Counted from the first letter of the stretch, positions 1-8,882 are shown. The stretch: DNA of 32,000 nucleotides from Nostoc punctiforme PCC 73102 (GCF_000020025.1 NC_010628.1:5670001-5702000), one strand, 5' to 3'. Numbers and translations: made by a program. The notes: a model not told the origin generated them from the sequence alone.

Positions 1-17
1 AGACCAAAACACTTGTA

Positions 18-40
18 GAGATGGCGATTTATCGCGTCTC
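18..40. repeat. Short palindromic dispersed-repeat module (gagatggcgatttatcgcgtctc)
   Basis: Imperfect palindrome. A closely related module in the opposite orientation lies at 14812-14831 (gcgcgataaatcgccgtctc). Confidence 0.6.
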
Positions 41-71
41 AAAACCCATAATTTTGTACAAGTAGTGCTTT

Positions 72-118
72 GAACCGTATTGGATTATCAAGTGTAGGGG
101 CATAATCCAATACGGTTC
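72..118. repeat. Perfect 17-bp-stem inverted repeat (gaaccgtattggattat / ataatccaatacggttc) with a 13-nt loop
   Basis: Arms at 72-88 and 102-118 are exact reverse complements. A related ccgtattgg module lies at 196-204. Confidence 0.85.
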
Positions 119-280
119 GGTTAAAGGGGAAAGTTTTAAATACATCCTTTACCCTTTACCTAGACCACAAGGAAAGTGAAAAATGCTTATCCAAACCGTA
201 TTGGGGCATAAGATTGTTTATGCTATCAACTTAAGCAAAGTCCCGCATAGTAAAGTTTTGCGTAAAAGTGTAGCGTTTTT

Positions 281-427
281 AATGTAAGCCGACGCATTAA
301 CAATGCAAGCCGACGCATTAACAATGCAAGCTGACGCATTAACAATGCAAGCTGACGCATTAACAATGCAAGCTGACGCATTAACAATGCAAGCTGACGC
401 ATTAACAATGCAAGCTGACGCATTAAC
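281..427. repeat. Tandem repeat, 21 bp x 7 (aatgcaagctgacgcattaac)
   Basis: Seven head-to-tail units. Units 3-7 are identical, unit 1 has 2 substitutions and unit 2 has 1. Each unit junction creates the palindrome gcatt-aac-aatgc. The array starts 35 nt beyond the P450 stop codon. Confidence 0.95.
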
Positions 428-461
428 AGCAAAATAGATTTGTTTCATCAAAGATTTATGT

Positions 462-1820
462 TTAACTATCCAAGGGATGCTTTATCAGCAAAGGTTCAAT
501 ATATGCTTGCAGAATATCTTTAACTTTAGAAGGCTGCCGAACTGGAGCGATCGCAGAATAATCCGGTTTTACTGTCCAGTCATAATGGCGAAGTAGTGTG
601 GAAAGCACAATTTTCATTTCCATCTGGGCAAATTCCATACCTAAACAACTGTGCGAACCATAACCAAAACCCATTAGTGCTAAAGGATGTTTTTTATCTT
701 CTTCACGAGGTGGTGCAAAGCGATCGGGGTCGAAGCGATCGGGTTCGGTGTACAGTTCTGGTAAACGATGAGTCAGCATCGGCGAAATAGTCACAAACCA
801 ACCTGCTGGGATGCGATAGCCTCCATACTCAATATCCTTGAGGACACCACGATTATAGGCATACACTGGCGGATAGAGTCTTTCTGCTTCTTTTAGGACG
901 TTGGTTAACTGTGGAAATTGTTTGAGATGAGACAGGCTAAGGGGATTATTTCCCACAACTGCTAATTGTTCTTGGCGCAGCCGTTCTCGCCATTCTGGGT
1001 GATTACCTAATTCAAATATTACCCAAGTCAGTAATGAGGCTGTTGTCTCATGTCCAGCAAACAGCAATAGTAATGCTTCGTTGATTACCTGTGTTTCGCT
1101 CAACTTATTGCCGTCTTCATCAACAGCCGCTAGCAGCAATCCCAAAACATCTTTTGATTCTTCTAAGTTACCCTGCTCGATACGTTGGGCGATCGCTTCA
1201 CGTAAAAAAGCCACTAATTTACCCCTAGCATTTTGACCGCGACCATATAAAGTAAAGGGGACATTCCATTTGAATATTGCCATACTACTATCTAACAGTT
1301 GTGTAAACCACTGACTGGTTTGCTCAACTTCGCTCTTGTTCTGACTTCCCAAAAATAGGCGAGTCGCAATCATCAGGGTAAGCTGACGGAAACTAGAATT
1401 TAAGGAAATCGTTCCCCTTTCTCCCCAATCTTTGAGGAAGTCTTGCACAATATTTTGGATGGTATCGAAGTATGTAGCGATCGCTTTTCCATGAAATGCT
1501 GGATACATTAAGCGACGAGTTAACCGATGTTCTTCCCCGTCTTGTAATAAAATATTGTTGCCAAATGTTGATTCTAAAAAATACCACCCGATCCGCGACG
1601 ACATGTTTTCCGCCTGTTCCACCAGTACTAATCGATTAGCGCTAGGGCCAATTAAATAAGCACGTTTACGCCCCAAGACGCTCGTCTTAAAAACTGAACC
1701 ATACTGCTGGAATCGTCGCCATAAATACAACTCTGAATCCCGAAATATTTCCAAAGTCTCCCCCAAAATGGGTAAGCCATAGCTACCAGGAATTTCTTCG
1801 GCGGATTTTAACTGCTGCAT
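462..1820 (-). CDS. Cytochrome P450 monooxygenase (CYP120-like architecture)
   Basis: 452-aa ORF with the heme-thiolate loop FGYGSHSCLG, the I-helix LLFAGHETT and an ExxR-type region (EAERLYPP). The N-terminal IPGSYGLPILGETLE resembles my recollection of cyanobacterial CYP120. Confidence 0.9.
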   Translation of the reverse strand: MQQLKSAEEIPGSYGLPILGETLEIFRDSELYLWRRFQQYGSVFKTSVLGRKRAYLIGPSANRLVLVEQAENMSSRIGWYFLESTFGNNILLQDGEEHRLTRRLMYPAFHGKAIATYFDTIQNIVQDFLKDWGERGTISLNSSFRQLTLMIATRLFLGSQNKSEVEQTSQWFTQLLDSSMAIFKWNVPFTLYGRGQNARGKLVAFLREAIAQRIEQGNLEESKDVLGLLLAAVDEDGNKLSETQVINEALLLLFAGHETTASLLTWVIFELGNHPEWRERLRQEQLAVVGNNPLSLSHLKQFPQLTNVLKEAERLYPPVYAYNRGVLKDIEYGGYRIPAGWFVTISPMLTHRLPELYTEPDRFDPDRFAPPREEDKKHPLALMGFGYGSHSCLGMEFAQMEMKIVLSTLLRHYDWTVKPDYSAIAPVRQPSKVKDILQAYIEPLLIKHPLDS

Positions 1821-1896
1821 ATTTAAGTACCTCTAGCAGGAATTAGCTACAGTATCTACTTAATTCTAAAACTTAGTTAGCCCTTGCAAATCCAAA

Positions 1897-2400
1897 TTAC
1901 CAATCACGGTAGAGTTTTTCTGCATAGAACATAATCTCTTCATTTGGTAATCTAATTTTCGGTTTTTGCCGAGGATACAAACTTTCAACTGCACCTGTAT
2001 CCTGTTCAATGACTGTGGCTGCTGCTTGTAAAACTGAGTTTTTAAACAGAAATTTCATCAAAGGATTGACGACTCTGGCATACATCAAAATAAAAGTTCT
2101 GGTGATTTTGTCTGTTTCAGGGTAGAGAATATGAATTTGAGCAATATCACCAATCGGCGTTTTAGCAAAAAAAGCTGTAGTTGAAGGAAAAGCGTATTCT
2201 AGTGTGTTAGAAAGTGTTTTCGGAAGGATTCCCAAAACAGGGTTTTTGATAATTTCTCCTAACGTGTTGTTGGCTCTGATGAGTTCTTGTTTAACTGTGG
2301 CATAATATCCTTTTTCTTCAAAAGCATTGACATTACAATTTGTAATCTTAAATAGTTCTTTATGAGTACCATTTTGGTGATTATAGTCATAGTTAACCAT
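1897..2400 (-). CDS. Rieske-type non-heme-iron oxygenase catalytic (SRPBCC-fold) domain only; possibly a 5'-truncated remnant
   Basis: An internal ATG at 2400 gives 167 aa beginning MVNYDYNHQNGTH (D-x2-H-x4-H iron-ligand spacing), with a C-terminal VIEQDTGAVESL...EEIMFYAEKLY. No CxH...CxxH Rieske domain is present. The 35 codons upstream in the ORF track are antisense to the TetR HTH. Confidence 0.4.
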   Translation of the reverse strand: MVNYDYNHQNGTHKELFKITNCNVNAFEEKGYYATVKQELIRANNTLGEIIKNPVLGILPKTLSNTLEYAFPSTTAFFAKTPIGDIAQIHILYPETDKITRTFILMYARVVNPLMKFLFKNSVLQAAATVIEQDTGAVESLYPRQKPKIRLPNEEIMFYAEKLYRDW

Positions 2401-2995
2401 AGCGACGAAAAAGCAGATTCTCGATGCGGCGGAAGCAGAGTTTGCCAGAAATGGACTTAGTGGGGCGCGGACAGGAGCGATCGCTAAAGGTTCAGGTGTC
2501 ACCACAGCGATGATTTACTACTACTTCCAGAGCAAAGAAGGACTATATGAAGCTGTTCTGCAACGTCCGGCGGTGGAGATGCACGAAGGGTTTGAGCAGC
2601 TAAATTTGGATCAGTTCCCACCAGAGGAGGCGTTGAAGGTATTAGTTAAAGAAGCGATCGCTTATGAAGCTGCTCACCCGCACAGGGGAATGCTTTGGTT
2701 TCAGGAAGCAAACCAAAATCAGGGAAAGTATTTCAAACAGTCCAATTGGCAAGAAAATTTTAGCTATCTCATCAAAATTTTAGAGCGGGGGATGGCGGAA
2801 GGTTGTTTCCGTCAGATCGATCCATTTCTCACCACTCTGCATATTATTGGGGTTTGTAATATGTACTTCAACGCTTACGAAAACATCAAGCATACTAGAC
2901 CCGATTTGCAATTGCTGAGTCCAGAAATGATTGAGCAGCATACTCAAGCAGCAGTTAATTTTATTTTGGCTGGTGTGCGACGTAGTGAGAATTAG
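2393..2995 (+). CDS. TetR/AcrR-family transcriptional regulator; the open frame lacks a canonical start codon
   Basis: The frame is open from 2393 (a TAG precedes it at 2390-2392). Codons 2402-2560 encode the classic TetR HTH: TKKQILDAAEAEFARNGLSGARTGAIAKGSGVTTAMIYYYFQSKEGLYEAVL. There is no in-frame ATG, GTG or TTG before 2510, and 2510 lies inside the HTH. ATA at 2399 sits where a start would be expected. Confidence 0.8.
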   Translation, partial: LTIATKKQILDAAEAEFARNGLSGARTGAIAKGSGVTTAMIYYYFQSKEGLYEAVLQRPAVEMHEGFEQLNLDQFPPEEALKVLVKEAIAYEAAHPHRGMLWFQEANQNQGKYFKQSNWQENFSYLIKILERGMAEGCFRQIDPFLTTLHIIGVCNMYFNAYENIKHTRPDLQLLSPEMIEQHTQAAVNFILAGVRRSEN

Positions 2996-3023
2996 GGTAT
3001 GAATATTGGGAAACTGTGATCGC

Positions 3024-3599
3024 TTAACTCAAAATCTGTGCCAAATCTAGTATAAATCCAGGCAATACATCCTCTCCTGATAAGCTAGTAGGCGATTGTA
3101 AAACCTCAACATCCTGTCCTGGGCGGTAAATTTCTACCTGTTGGTTTTGTGGATCAATCAGCCAGCCTAAACGCACACCGTTATCGATATACTCCTGCAT
3201 CTTTTGTTGCACAGTCTTTAAGCTATCTGAAGCAGAGCGCAATTCTACGGCAAAATCGGGAGCAAGTGGTAGAAAACTTGCGGGGTCTGGATTCAGGGCT
3301 TCTAATCGCTCCCGGCTAATCCAGGATGCATCAGGAGACCGATTTGCACCATTAGGGAGCTTGAAACCCGTTGAGGAGTCAAAAGCCAAACCTGTGCCAT
3401 CAGCGTCAGCCCAATTACCTAAGCGCTGAGTTAGTCTACTATTGCGATTTCCGCTTTCCCATCCAGTTGGGGGCATAATAATTAATTCTCCCTCTGCTGT
3501 GCGCTCAAGTCGCAAATCTCGATTATTTTGACACAGTTGGAAGAACTGCTCATCTGTTAGTTCAATGGTGGGGCTGAGGTTTAGAATCAGGGCAGTCAT
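3024..3599 (-). CDS. Uma2-family (DUF820) PD-(D/E)xK endonuclease
   Basis: 191 aa with a typical Uma2 layout: LTDEQFFQLCQNNRDLRLERTAEGELIIMPP, PDASWI, APDFAVELRS, and a KMQEYIDNGVRLGWLIDP tail. Confidence 0.85.
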   Translation of the reverse strand: MTALILNLSPTIELTDEQFFQLCQNNRDLRLERTAEGELIIMPPTGWESGNRNSRLTQRLGNWADADGTGLAFDSSTGFKLPNGANRSPDASWISRERLEALNPDPASFLPLAPDFAVELRSASDSLKTVQQKMQEYIDNGVRLGWLIDPQNQQVEIYRPGQDVEVLQSPTSLSGEDVLPGFILDLAQILS

Positions 3600-3753
3600 A
3601 GTTGCCTCTCAATCTTGCTAACTGTAGCGTAGCATTTGGTTGACATACTAGGTTGTTATTAATCTTTTAGTATTAAAATTTACATATCCTTTTAAAATTA
3701 TCTAAGTTAAAAACTTATATTGTAAATCTGATTAATATTAGAGAGTATATTAA

Positions 3754-4796
3754 ATGAAAGAAATACAAAAAATAACTAGGTTTAACGGAATATCAAAGTG
3801 GTTATCTAACTCAGTTAGCGAATCGGAAGATAAGCGGTACACACATCGTCTGCTCAGAGAAGATAAAAGCCAACGAGATATAATTCTCAATGAATTAATA
3901 TTAATCGTTCAAAAAGCCCATGAAGATGCTCGATATGCCTTCGTAAATTAGCAGGAAATTCTCTTTTTCCATTTAGGGATTTTTCAGAAAGCGATCCAAG
4001 CTATGGCTATCCTGAACGTCTTAATATTATATCCCGTCAGAGTTATTTTGGAGATATATTTTCAGGAATTATTGCCGAAAATTTTGCTCATTTTGGACAG
4101 GATGATTGGGAAGTTCCTGCTTTTCTTTTCCGATTTCATCTAGTTGAGTTTCAACATTTAGAATTTCTAAATCAAACTGAAGAGATTGCAAAAAAGCGAC
4201 CTGGACGTACAGGTGATGATTGTCTTGCCTTTTTACGCAACAGCGAAGGAGTAATTATTGCTTCTCTATTTTGTGAAGCTAAATGCACAACTAATCATTA
4301 TACAAAAATGATAGCTGAAGCACATAAAAAGGCAAGTGAATTACATATAAAGCCTGTTGATATCCCACAAATAATTGAGATTTTGGGTGATTACGATGAT
4401 CATTTTTCATCTGAATGGGTTGATTCTCTAAGAGTTTTATGGCTAGAAAAAGTTGATAGAAATTATGAACGCTGCGATTTAATTAGTTATATTTGTGGTG
4501 AACATCCTGTCAGAAATCCTACTTGGATATTTCCCGACAGACCACACGAAGAATATAGAGCAGGAAGAAGACTTGAAGCAGTTGAAATTCATCTTCATGA
4601 AGTTGAAAATCTGGTTACAACCGTCTATAATCAGCCAGCAATTACAACACTTTCGGTAAATATTTCTAACCAGACAATTCAACAACCAGATGATTCAGAC
4701 GTTGCAAAAGCAAACTCTGATATCATAGTAGAGGCAGAAGTTCTGCAAAATCAGATGACTCAACCAAGTAACGAAGTCATTGCTTTAATATTGTGA
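3754..4796 (+). pseudogene. Frameshift-split gene for a PD-(D/E)xK nuclease (HamA/DUF1837-like); about 347 codons if fused
   Basis: The frame-1 ORF 3754-3951 overlaps frame 3, which is open from 3924 to 4796. Frame-3 codons 3951-4307 have no start and no stop, yet encode GDIFSGIIAENFA...RPGRTGDDCLAF...ASLFCEAKC (E...D...ExK). The region is AT-rich. Confidence 0.65.
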
Positions 4797-4820
4797 GTGG
4801 CAATAATTTGAGCATTACCA

Positions 4821-7553
4821 TTACGAATTCCGCACAGTGTTACTAGCCTTAAACTTAGGATAAGCAATGCGTTTGTGATGAAATTGCTGCCAAACATCCA
4901 CAAATATCTGAGCAATTAGTGACATCTCTTCCCGTTTTAGCCCTGAATCTATGAGTTGATTGTCTTGCCATTTAGCACGCAAGATATTATTTAGCATTGT
5001 TAAAGCTTGTTCGGTGGAGACATCTTTAAGCGATCGCTTCTCTCCCACAGATTTAGCCGATGCTTGCAGCGATCGCAGCGCTGCTTCACAAGAGTCCGCT
5101 AACATCACAATTCCGGTTTCCCGTGATTGGGGAATTGGGCCATCGTAGCGAAAATCTGCGTCGTCTACTGTTAAACTTGGATCTTCTTGAGCCATTTGCT
5201 GGGCTTGGTGATGGAAATAGGCAATTAGCATCGTTCCCTGATGCTCTGGAATAAAAGCTTGAATCGCTGTCGGTAAAAGGTGTTTACGCGCCATCACTAA
5301 CCCTTCTGTTACGTGCTTTTTGATAATCTCTGCACTCTTCCAAGGGTCTTTAATCTCTGTATCGTGTTTATTCGGCCCCCCCATTTGATTTTCAATAAAT
5401 CCAAGTGGGTCGTGCATTTTACCAATATCGTGATATAATGTTCCAGCCCTAACTAATTCAACATTGCATCCTAGTTCTTTGGCAGCAGCTTCGGCAAGGG
5501 TAGCTACAAATAACGTGTGTTGAAAAGTTCCAGGAGTCTCTGTAGCGAGTCGTTTTAATAAGGGCCGATTAGGGTTCGCCAACTCTGCTAAACGGATGGG
5601 AGTGACTAAATCGAAAACTTTTTCGAGATAAGGACTCAACCCTAAAGCTACAACACTCCAGCCTAAACCGGATAAAGCAAAAAACCCGGCTTCTCGGAGA
5701 ACTATATACCAGGTTGAACCAAATGCTTGACCAATTAAGATTTTAACAATCAGATAAATACTGCCCTGAGTTAAAGCGATCGCAACTCCTAATAAAGCCA
5801 ATTCTTCACGCGATCGCAATCTTTGCGCTATGTAACTACCTAATATTGCCCCACCAGCACCAGCTAACAGCGCCGCCTTGCTCATATCGAAGGTAATAGC
5901 CAATATTGGCAACAGCAGTCCAACAACTGTTAACCCTAAAGTCGCGCCGTAGAAGCTTCCCAACAATAAACCAAGGGCGCTCCAAGTGGTGTAAGGCAAT
6001 CCCATTGTCACCAATCCTGGCACACTTAGAGTTAGCAATAACACCAAAAGGCGATCGCGTTGTCGCAATTCGTAATCAATATGGCGTTCTACCCAAACAA
6101 AAACGCCAATGGCGATCGCTATCACGCCTCCTAACTTCAACAATCCCCGCCATTTTACTTCTCGGCGAACCAGGCGATAATACTCCAGCACCTCTACGTT
6201 CCATGCAGTAACCTGCTCTCCTTTTTTGACAATTACCTCACCACGGCGTACCTTCACCATTACAGGTGGCACTCCAGCAGCAGCCTTTTGAGCGTTTTCT
6301 CTAGTTTCTTCTTCATCTTTTTGCAGATTCGGCTTGAGTACAGCTAACAACAGGTTCTTTGCCAAAGGTTGGGCGGATTCTGGTACAAAGGACTGCAATT
6401 GCAAACTCACCGCATCCTGTAAGATATTTTTTGGCAGTCCTTGTGGGATGCCTTGGGTGAGAATCCGCTCCGCACTCTGATGGATTCCCATTTGTGTTTT
6501 TTCCCACTCCACATCTGATAAATCCAAAAGGAATGATTCTTCGTATACTGCTTCTGGGGTAACAGTCTCTAACTGTAAAAGTTTGGTAGTCGCTTCGGTG
6601 TATCTTTTGCGTGTTTGGGAAATTTGGGCAATCAGTAAAGACAAGTTTTTCTCAGAAGTTGTGACGCGGTAAGATTCTAGTTCTGCAACGGCTTGAGTAA
6701 AATCAGTACTTTGAGAAAAATCAACTGGCTCTGTTTTCTGTGGTGTTGTGCGCGGTTGACGTTCCTGATTGGGTGCAGCTATAGATGATGGACGGGATGA
6801 GGTGGTGGTTTCTCCTGTTCCTTTTTTCTGCTGATTTTTACTATTTTCTACGGCTAATAGCAGTGCTTTCCATTCTGACTCATTGCAAGAGCGGAGATAA
6901 CGCTGGGTAGAGATGGGCAAAACTACAGAATCAAAAAAAGGAAAAGCTCCAGCAACAGCGCGAATTTCGTTACCATCATCTAGAAGTTGTTGCAAATTTT
7001 CGTTGATTTGTTCGTTTATTCGCGCATCCAGCATCAACACTTGTAAGGAGCTTCTACTGACGGCTTTGCGCTCGGCTTCTGTTTTTTTCTGATCTTCGAT
7101 TTTAGCTGTATAAGGCGCTGTAATGGTTTGGGGCGCGGAATGTCCTACTTGGAGTTGAGTTTGGTTGTAGAATTTTTGTCCAATAACACCTGTAAGAGAT
7201 AGGATAGCGATCGCTAAAATTACCAAGGAGCGCTGTTCATGTACCCAATCTAAACAGACTGAATAAATACTACTCTTAGTTTTGACCGATTTTGCCTTTG
7301 ACTGGAGCGCTTTTTCTTGTTTTCGACGAGCGCTTTTCTCATTGCTTTTGGATAAAAATAAGATTACATTCTTCAGGAAAGTCCTTAAAAGTTGCTTTCT
7401 ATCGCTTTTACTTTTGGGACTTCTCATTAACTTTCCTTTACGGCGTAGTCCTTTGTACTGTCGCCGCCAGTGAGTCAATTGCTGGGTTAAGAACTGCAAA
7501 AATTCCTGCATTTTCATTATCTCTGCCTGCAATTGCCTACTTTGATAGCTCAA
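4821..7553 (-). CDS. 7TM-receptor HD/HDIG phosphohydrolase (PgpH-like); start codon uncertain
   Basis: It has an N-terminal basic region and one TM segment, then a large extracytoplasmic region, a block of about 7 TM helices (VIAIAIGVFVW ... GLGWSVVALGL), and an HD domain with LYHDIGK, EHQGT and IVMLADSCEAA. Confidence 0.85.
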   Translation of the reverse strand: MSYQSRQLQAEIMKMQEFLQFLTQQLTHWRRQYKGLRRKGKLMRSPKSKSDRKQLLRTFLKNVILFLSKSNEKSARRKQEKALQSKAKSVKTKSSIYSVCLDWVHEQRSLVILAIAILSLTGVIGQKFYNQTQLQVGHSAPQTITAPYTAKIEDQKKTEAERKAVSRSSLQVLMLDARINEQINENLQQLLDDGNEIRAVAGAFPFFDSVVLPISTQRYLRSCNESEWKALLLAVENSKNQQKKGTGETTTSSRPSSIAAPNQERQPRTTPQKTEPVDFSQSTDFTQAVAELESYRVTTSEKNLSLLIAQISQTRKRYTEATTKLLQLETVTPEAVYEESFLLDLSDVEWEKTQMGIHQSAERILTQGIPQGLPKNILQDAVSLQLQSFVPESAQPLAKNLLLAVLKPNLQKDEEETRENAQKAAAGVPPVMVKVRRGEVIVKKGEQVTAWNVEVLEYYRLVRREVKWRGLLKLGGVIAIAIGVFVWVERHIDYELRQRDRLLVLLLTLSVPGLVTMGLPYTTWSALGLLLGSFYGATLGLTVVGLLLPILAITFDMSKAALLAGAGGAILGSYIAQRLRSREELALLGVAIALTQGSIYLIVKILIGQAFGSTWYIVLREAGFFALSGLGWSVVALGLSPYLEKVFDLVTPIRLAELANPNRPLLKRLATETPGTFQHTLFVATLAEAAAKELGCNVELVRAGTLYHDIGKMHDPLGFIENQMGGPNKHDTEIKDPWKSAEIIKKHVTEGLVMARKHLLPTAIQAFIPEHQGTMLIAYFHHQAQQMAQEDPSLTVDDADFRYDGPIPQSRETGIVMLADSCEAALRSLQASAKSVGEKRSLKDVSTEQALTMLNNILRAKWQDNQLIDSGLKREEMSLIAQIFVDVWQQFHHKRIAYPKFKASNTVRNS

Positions 7554-7828
7554 AAAAAGACAATCATCAGGGAAATTTGATCTGCTACTATTGCAACTAC
7601 GGTGACGGAGGCTAATTAAAGCTGATTTGCCACAATAGCTACCGACAGAATCTGTCCGAGGTTTGCTGAAAAGTTCTAGTATATAAGACTAGTACACTAT
7701 AGCAATGGGCAAAAGCCCCTTGTCTAGTTAATTGAGATGGTAGCTGGATTTAAGTCAAGCTGTCCTAATGTTTTATGAAGCTAATTTTGAGAGTTTAGTA
7801 CCCGCACCATTTTTCGGTAGAAATAGGA

Positions 7829-8770
7829 TTAACGCGATCGAATAACGCGGGGAGCTGCGTAAACTGAAAGCAAAGCCTCCTCACATTCCTGTGTTAACTC
7901 TCTGGGATTTAGGTCAATCTCATACACTCCTGACCACACCGCCACAAATGCATCGGTCAATTTTAACATTTGGGAAAAGCTAGTTAATCCCCATGCTGGA
8001 GAATTTCTTTGCAAGAGCAAGACTTGCCAATTTACAGGAATTCCGCCTATACCGTTATATGCTCCTGATAAAGCACCAGTAATTGCACCTGTAGCCTGTG
8101 AGCTTAGAGATGTAGCATCTTGCACTTTAGAATTGCCATTGTGAGTAGCCTGCAAAACTGCAAGGCGAAAGTCTTCTAAGGTACTTAAAAAGCAGTAAAA
8201 TGCCATAGCAATAGTGTTACTGAGTTTTTCTTCCCTAGCAAACTCAGCTTGCGCCCTTGACAATCCCGCCCCTTGCTCTAATAAATTCTGGACTTTTAAT
8301 AATTTGTTTGGTATCGATGTTGGTGTTTCACCAAGAAAAGAAATTGTTTGTGGGATGAGGGTTAGAGGGTCGAGTTTTTCAGTTAGGGCAAGAGATATCG
8401 CATAAGCTACCGCGAGTGTTCCATCCCTTACTACTGGGTCATCTTCCCAAATTTTGAGTACACGCAGCAAGTTTTGTCGCAACTTAATCGGATTTTCATG
8501 AAAAAAAAGTGCTACTGGTAATGTGGCAATAATTATTTTTATCGATATATCATCAGCTGCTGCTAAATGAAGAGATTCTTGCTGCTGACGTGCTATCCAA
8601 TCATCTAAATCTAATTTACCCAAGTTAATTAAACTCTCAGTACCCAGAATCGCCATTCTGCCTAAATCTAGGTAACTCTGAGACTGTATTTTACCATCAG
8701 ATGTTAAATTTCCCCCCAGAAAGGCTCCGAGGAAAGTACCTCTAAATCGACTTATAGGAGAGTAACGCAT
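7829..8770 (-). CDS. ADP-ribosylglycohydrolase-family protein with a degenerate active site; start reassigned to Met-27 of the ORF
   Basis: The N-terminal FRGTFLGAFLGG and C-terminal SSQATGAITGALSGAYNGIGGIPVNW match the ARH fold signature but lack the GDA and GGDTDT acidic residues. The ORF-track N-terminus (8771-8848) is a translated dispersed repeat. Confidence 0.6.
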   Translation of the reverse strand: MRYSPISRFRGTFLGAFLGGNLTSDGKIQSQSYLDLGRMAILGTESLINLGKLDLDDWIARQQQESLHLAAADDISIKIIIATLPVALFFHENPIKLRQNLLRVLKIWEDDPVVRDGTLAVAYAISLALTEKLDPLTLIPQTISFLGETPTSIPNKLLKVQNLLEQGAGLSRAQAEFAREEKLSNTIAMAFYCFLSTLEDFRLAVLQATHNGNSKVQDATSLSSQATGAITGALSGAYNGIGGIPVNWQVLLLQRNSPAWGLTSFSQMLKLTDAFVAVWSGVYEIDLNPRELTQECEEALLSVYAAPRVIRSR

Positions 8771-8773
8771 AGA

Positions 8774-8812
8774 ATTTTGGATTTTGGGTTGCACCTTTGG
8801 TGCGCTTCTAGC
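8774..8812. repeat. 39-bp dispersed repeat with an internal hairpin (gcacc-ttt-ggtgc)
   Basis: Its reverse complement matches 9985-10023 at 37 of 39 positions. Confidence 0.85.
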
Positions 8813-8882
8813 GTAACTTAGATTTGGGATTGAATAATTTAATTCCAAATCTAAACTCTAAAATCGATTCATTTTTCATTCT

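Noticed and set aside
281-427. Possible CRISPR array
   Set aside because: The units are directly abutting with no spacers, the period is only 21 bp, and no cas genes are in the window.
218-451. Two overlapping minus-strand ORFs (77 and 68 aa) with heptad-like peptide repeats (NASACIV, LALLMRQ)
   Set aside because: They are translations of the 21-bp tandem DNA repeat, which keeps any frame open because 21 is a multiple of 3. There is no RBS and no non-repeat coding context.
3924-3951. Programmed -1 ribosomal frameshift joining the two halves of the HamA-like gene
   Set aside because: There is no X-XXY-YYZ slippery heptamer and no obvious downstream stimulatory structure in the 28-nt overlap. 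A 1-nt deletion in the aaa run, or an assembly error, is more parsimonious. It is kept as an open alternative only.
2650-5030. A 2.4-kb HIP1-free gap as proof of foreign origin of the Uma2/HamA-like region
   Set aside because: Comparable HIP1-free gaps occur in clearly native regions (9060-11700 inside topA, 25125-28245). The gap alone is therefore not significant, and only the AT-richness of 3600-4800 is used as supporting evidence.
8771-8848. N-terminal extensions proposed by the ORF track here, and similarly at 16461-16571, 29147-29209, 30019-30045, 12953-13012 and 2401-2505
   Set aside because: Each extension translates repeat DNA, promoter DNA or the antisense of a neighbouring gene. 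An internal Met with a better context (signal peptide, RBS or conserved N-terminal motif) is available.
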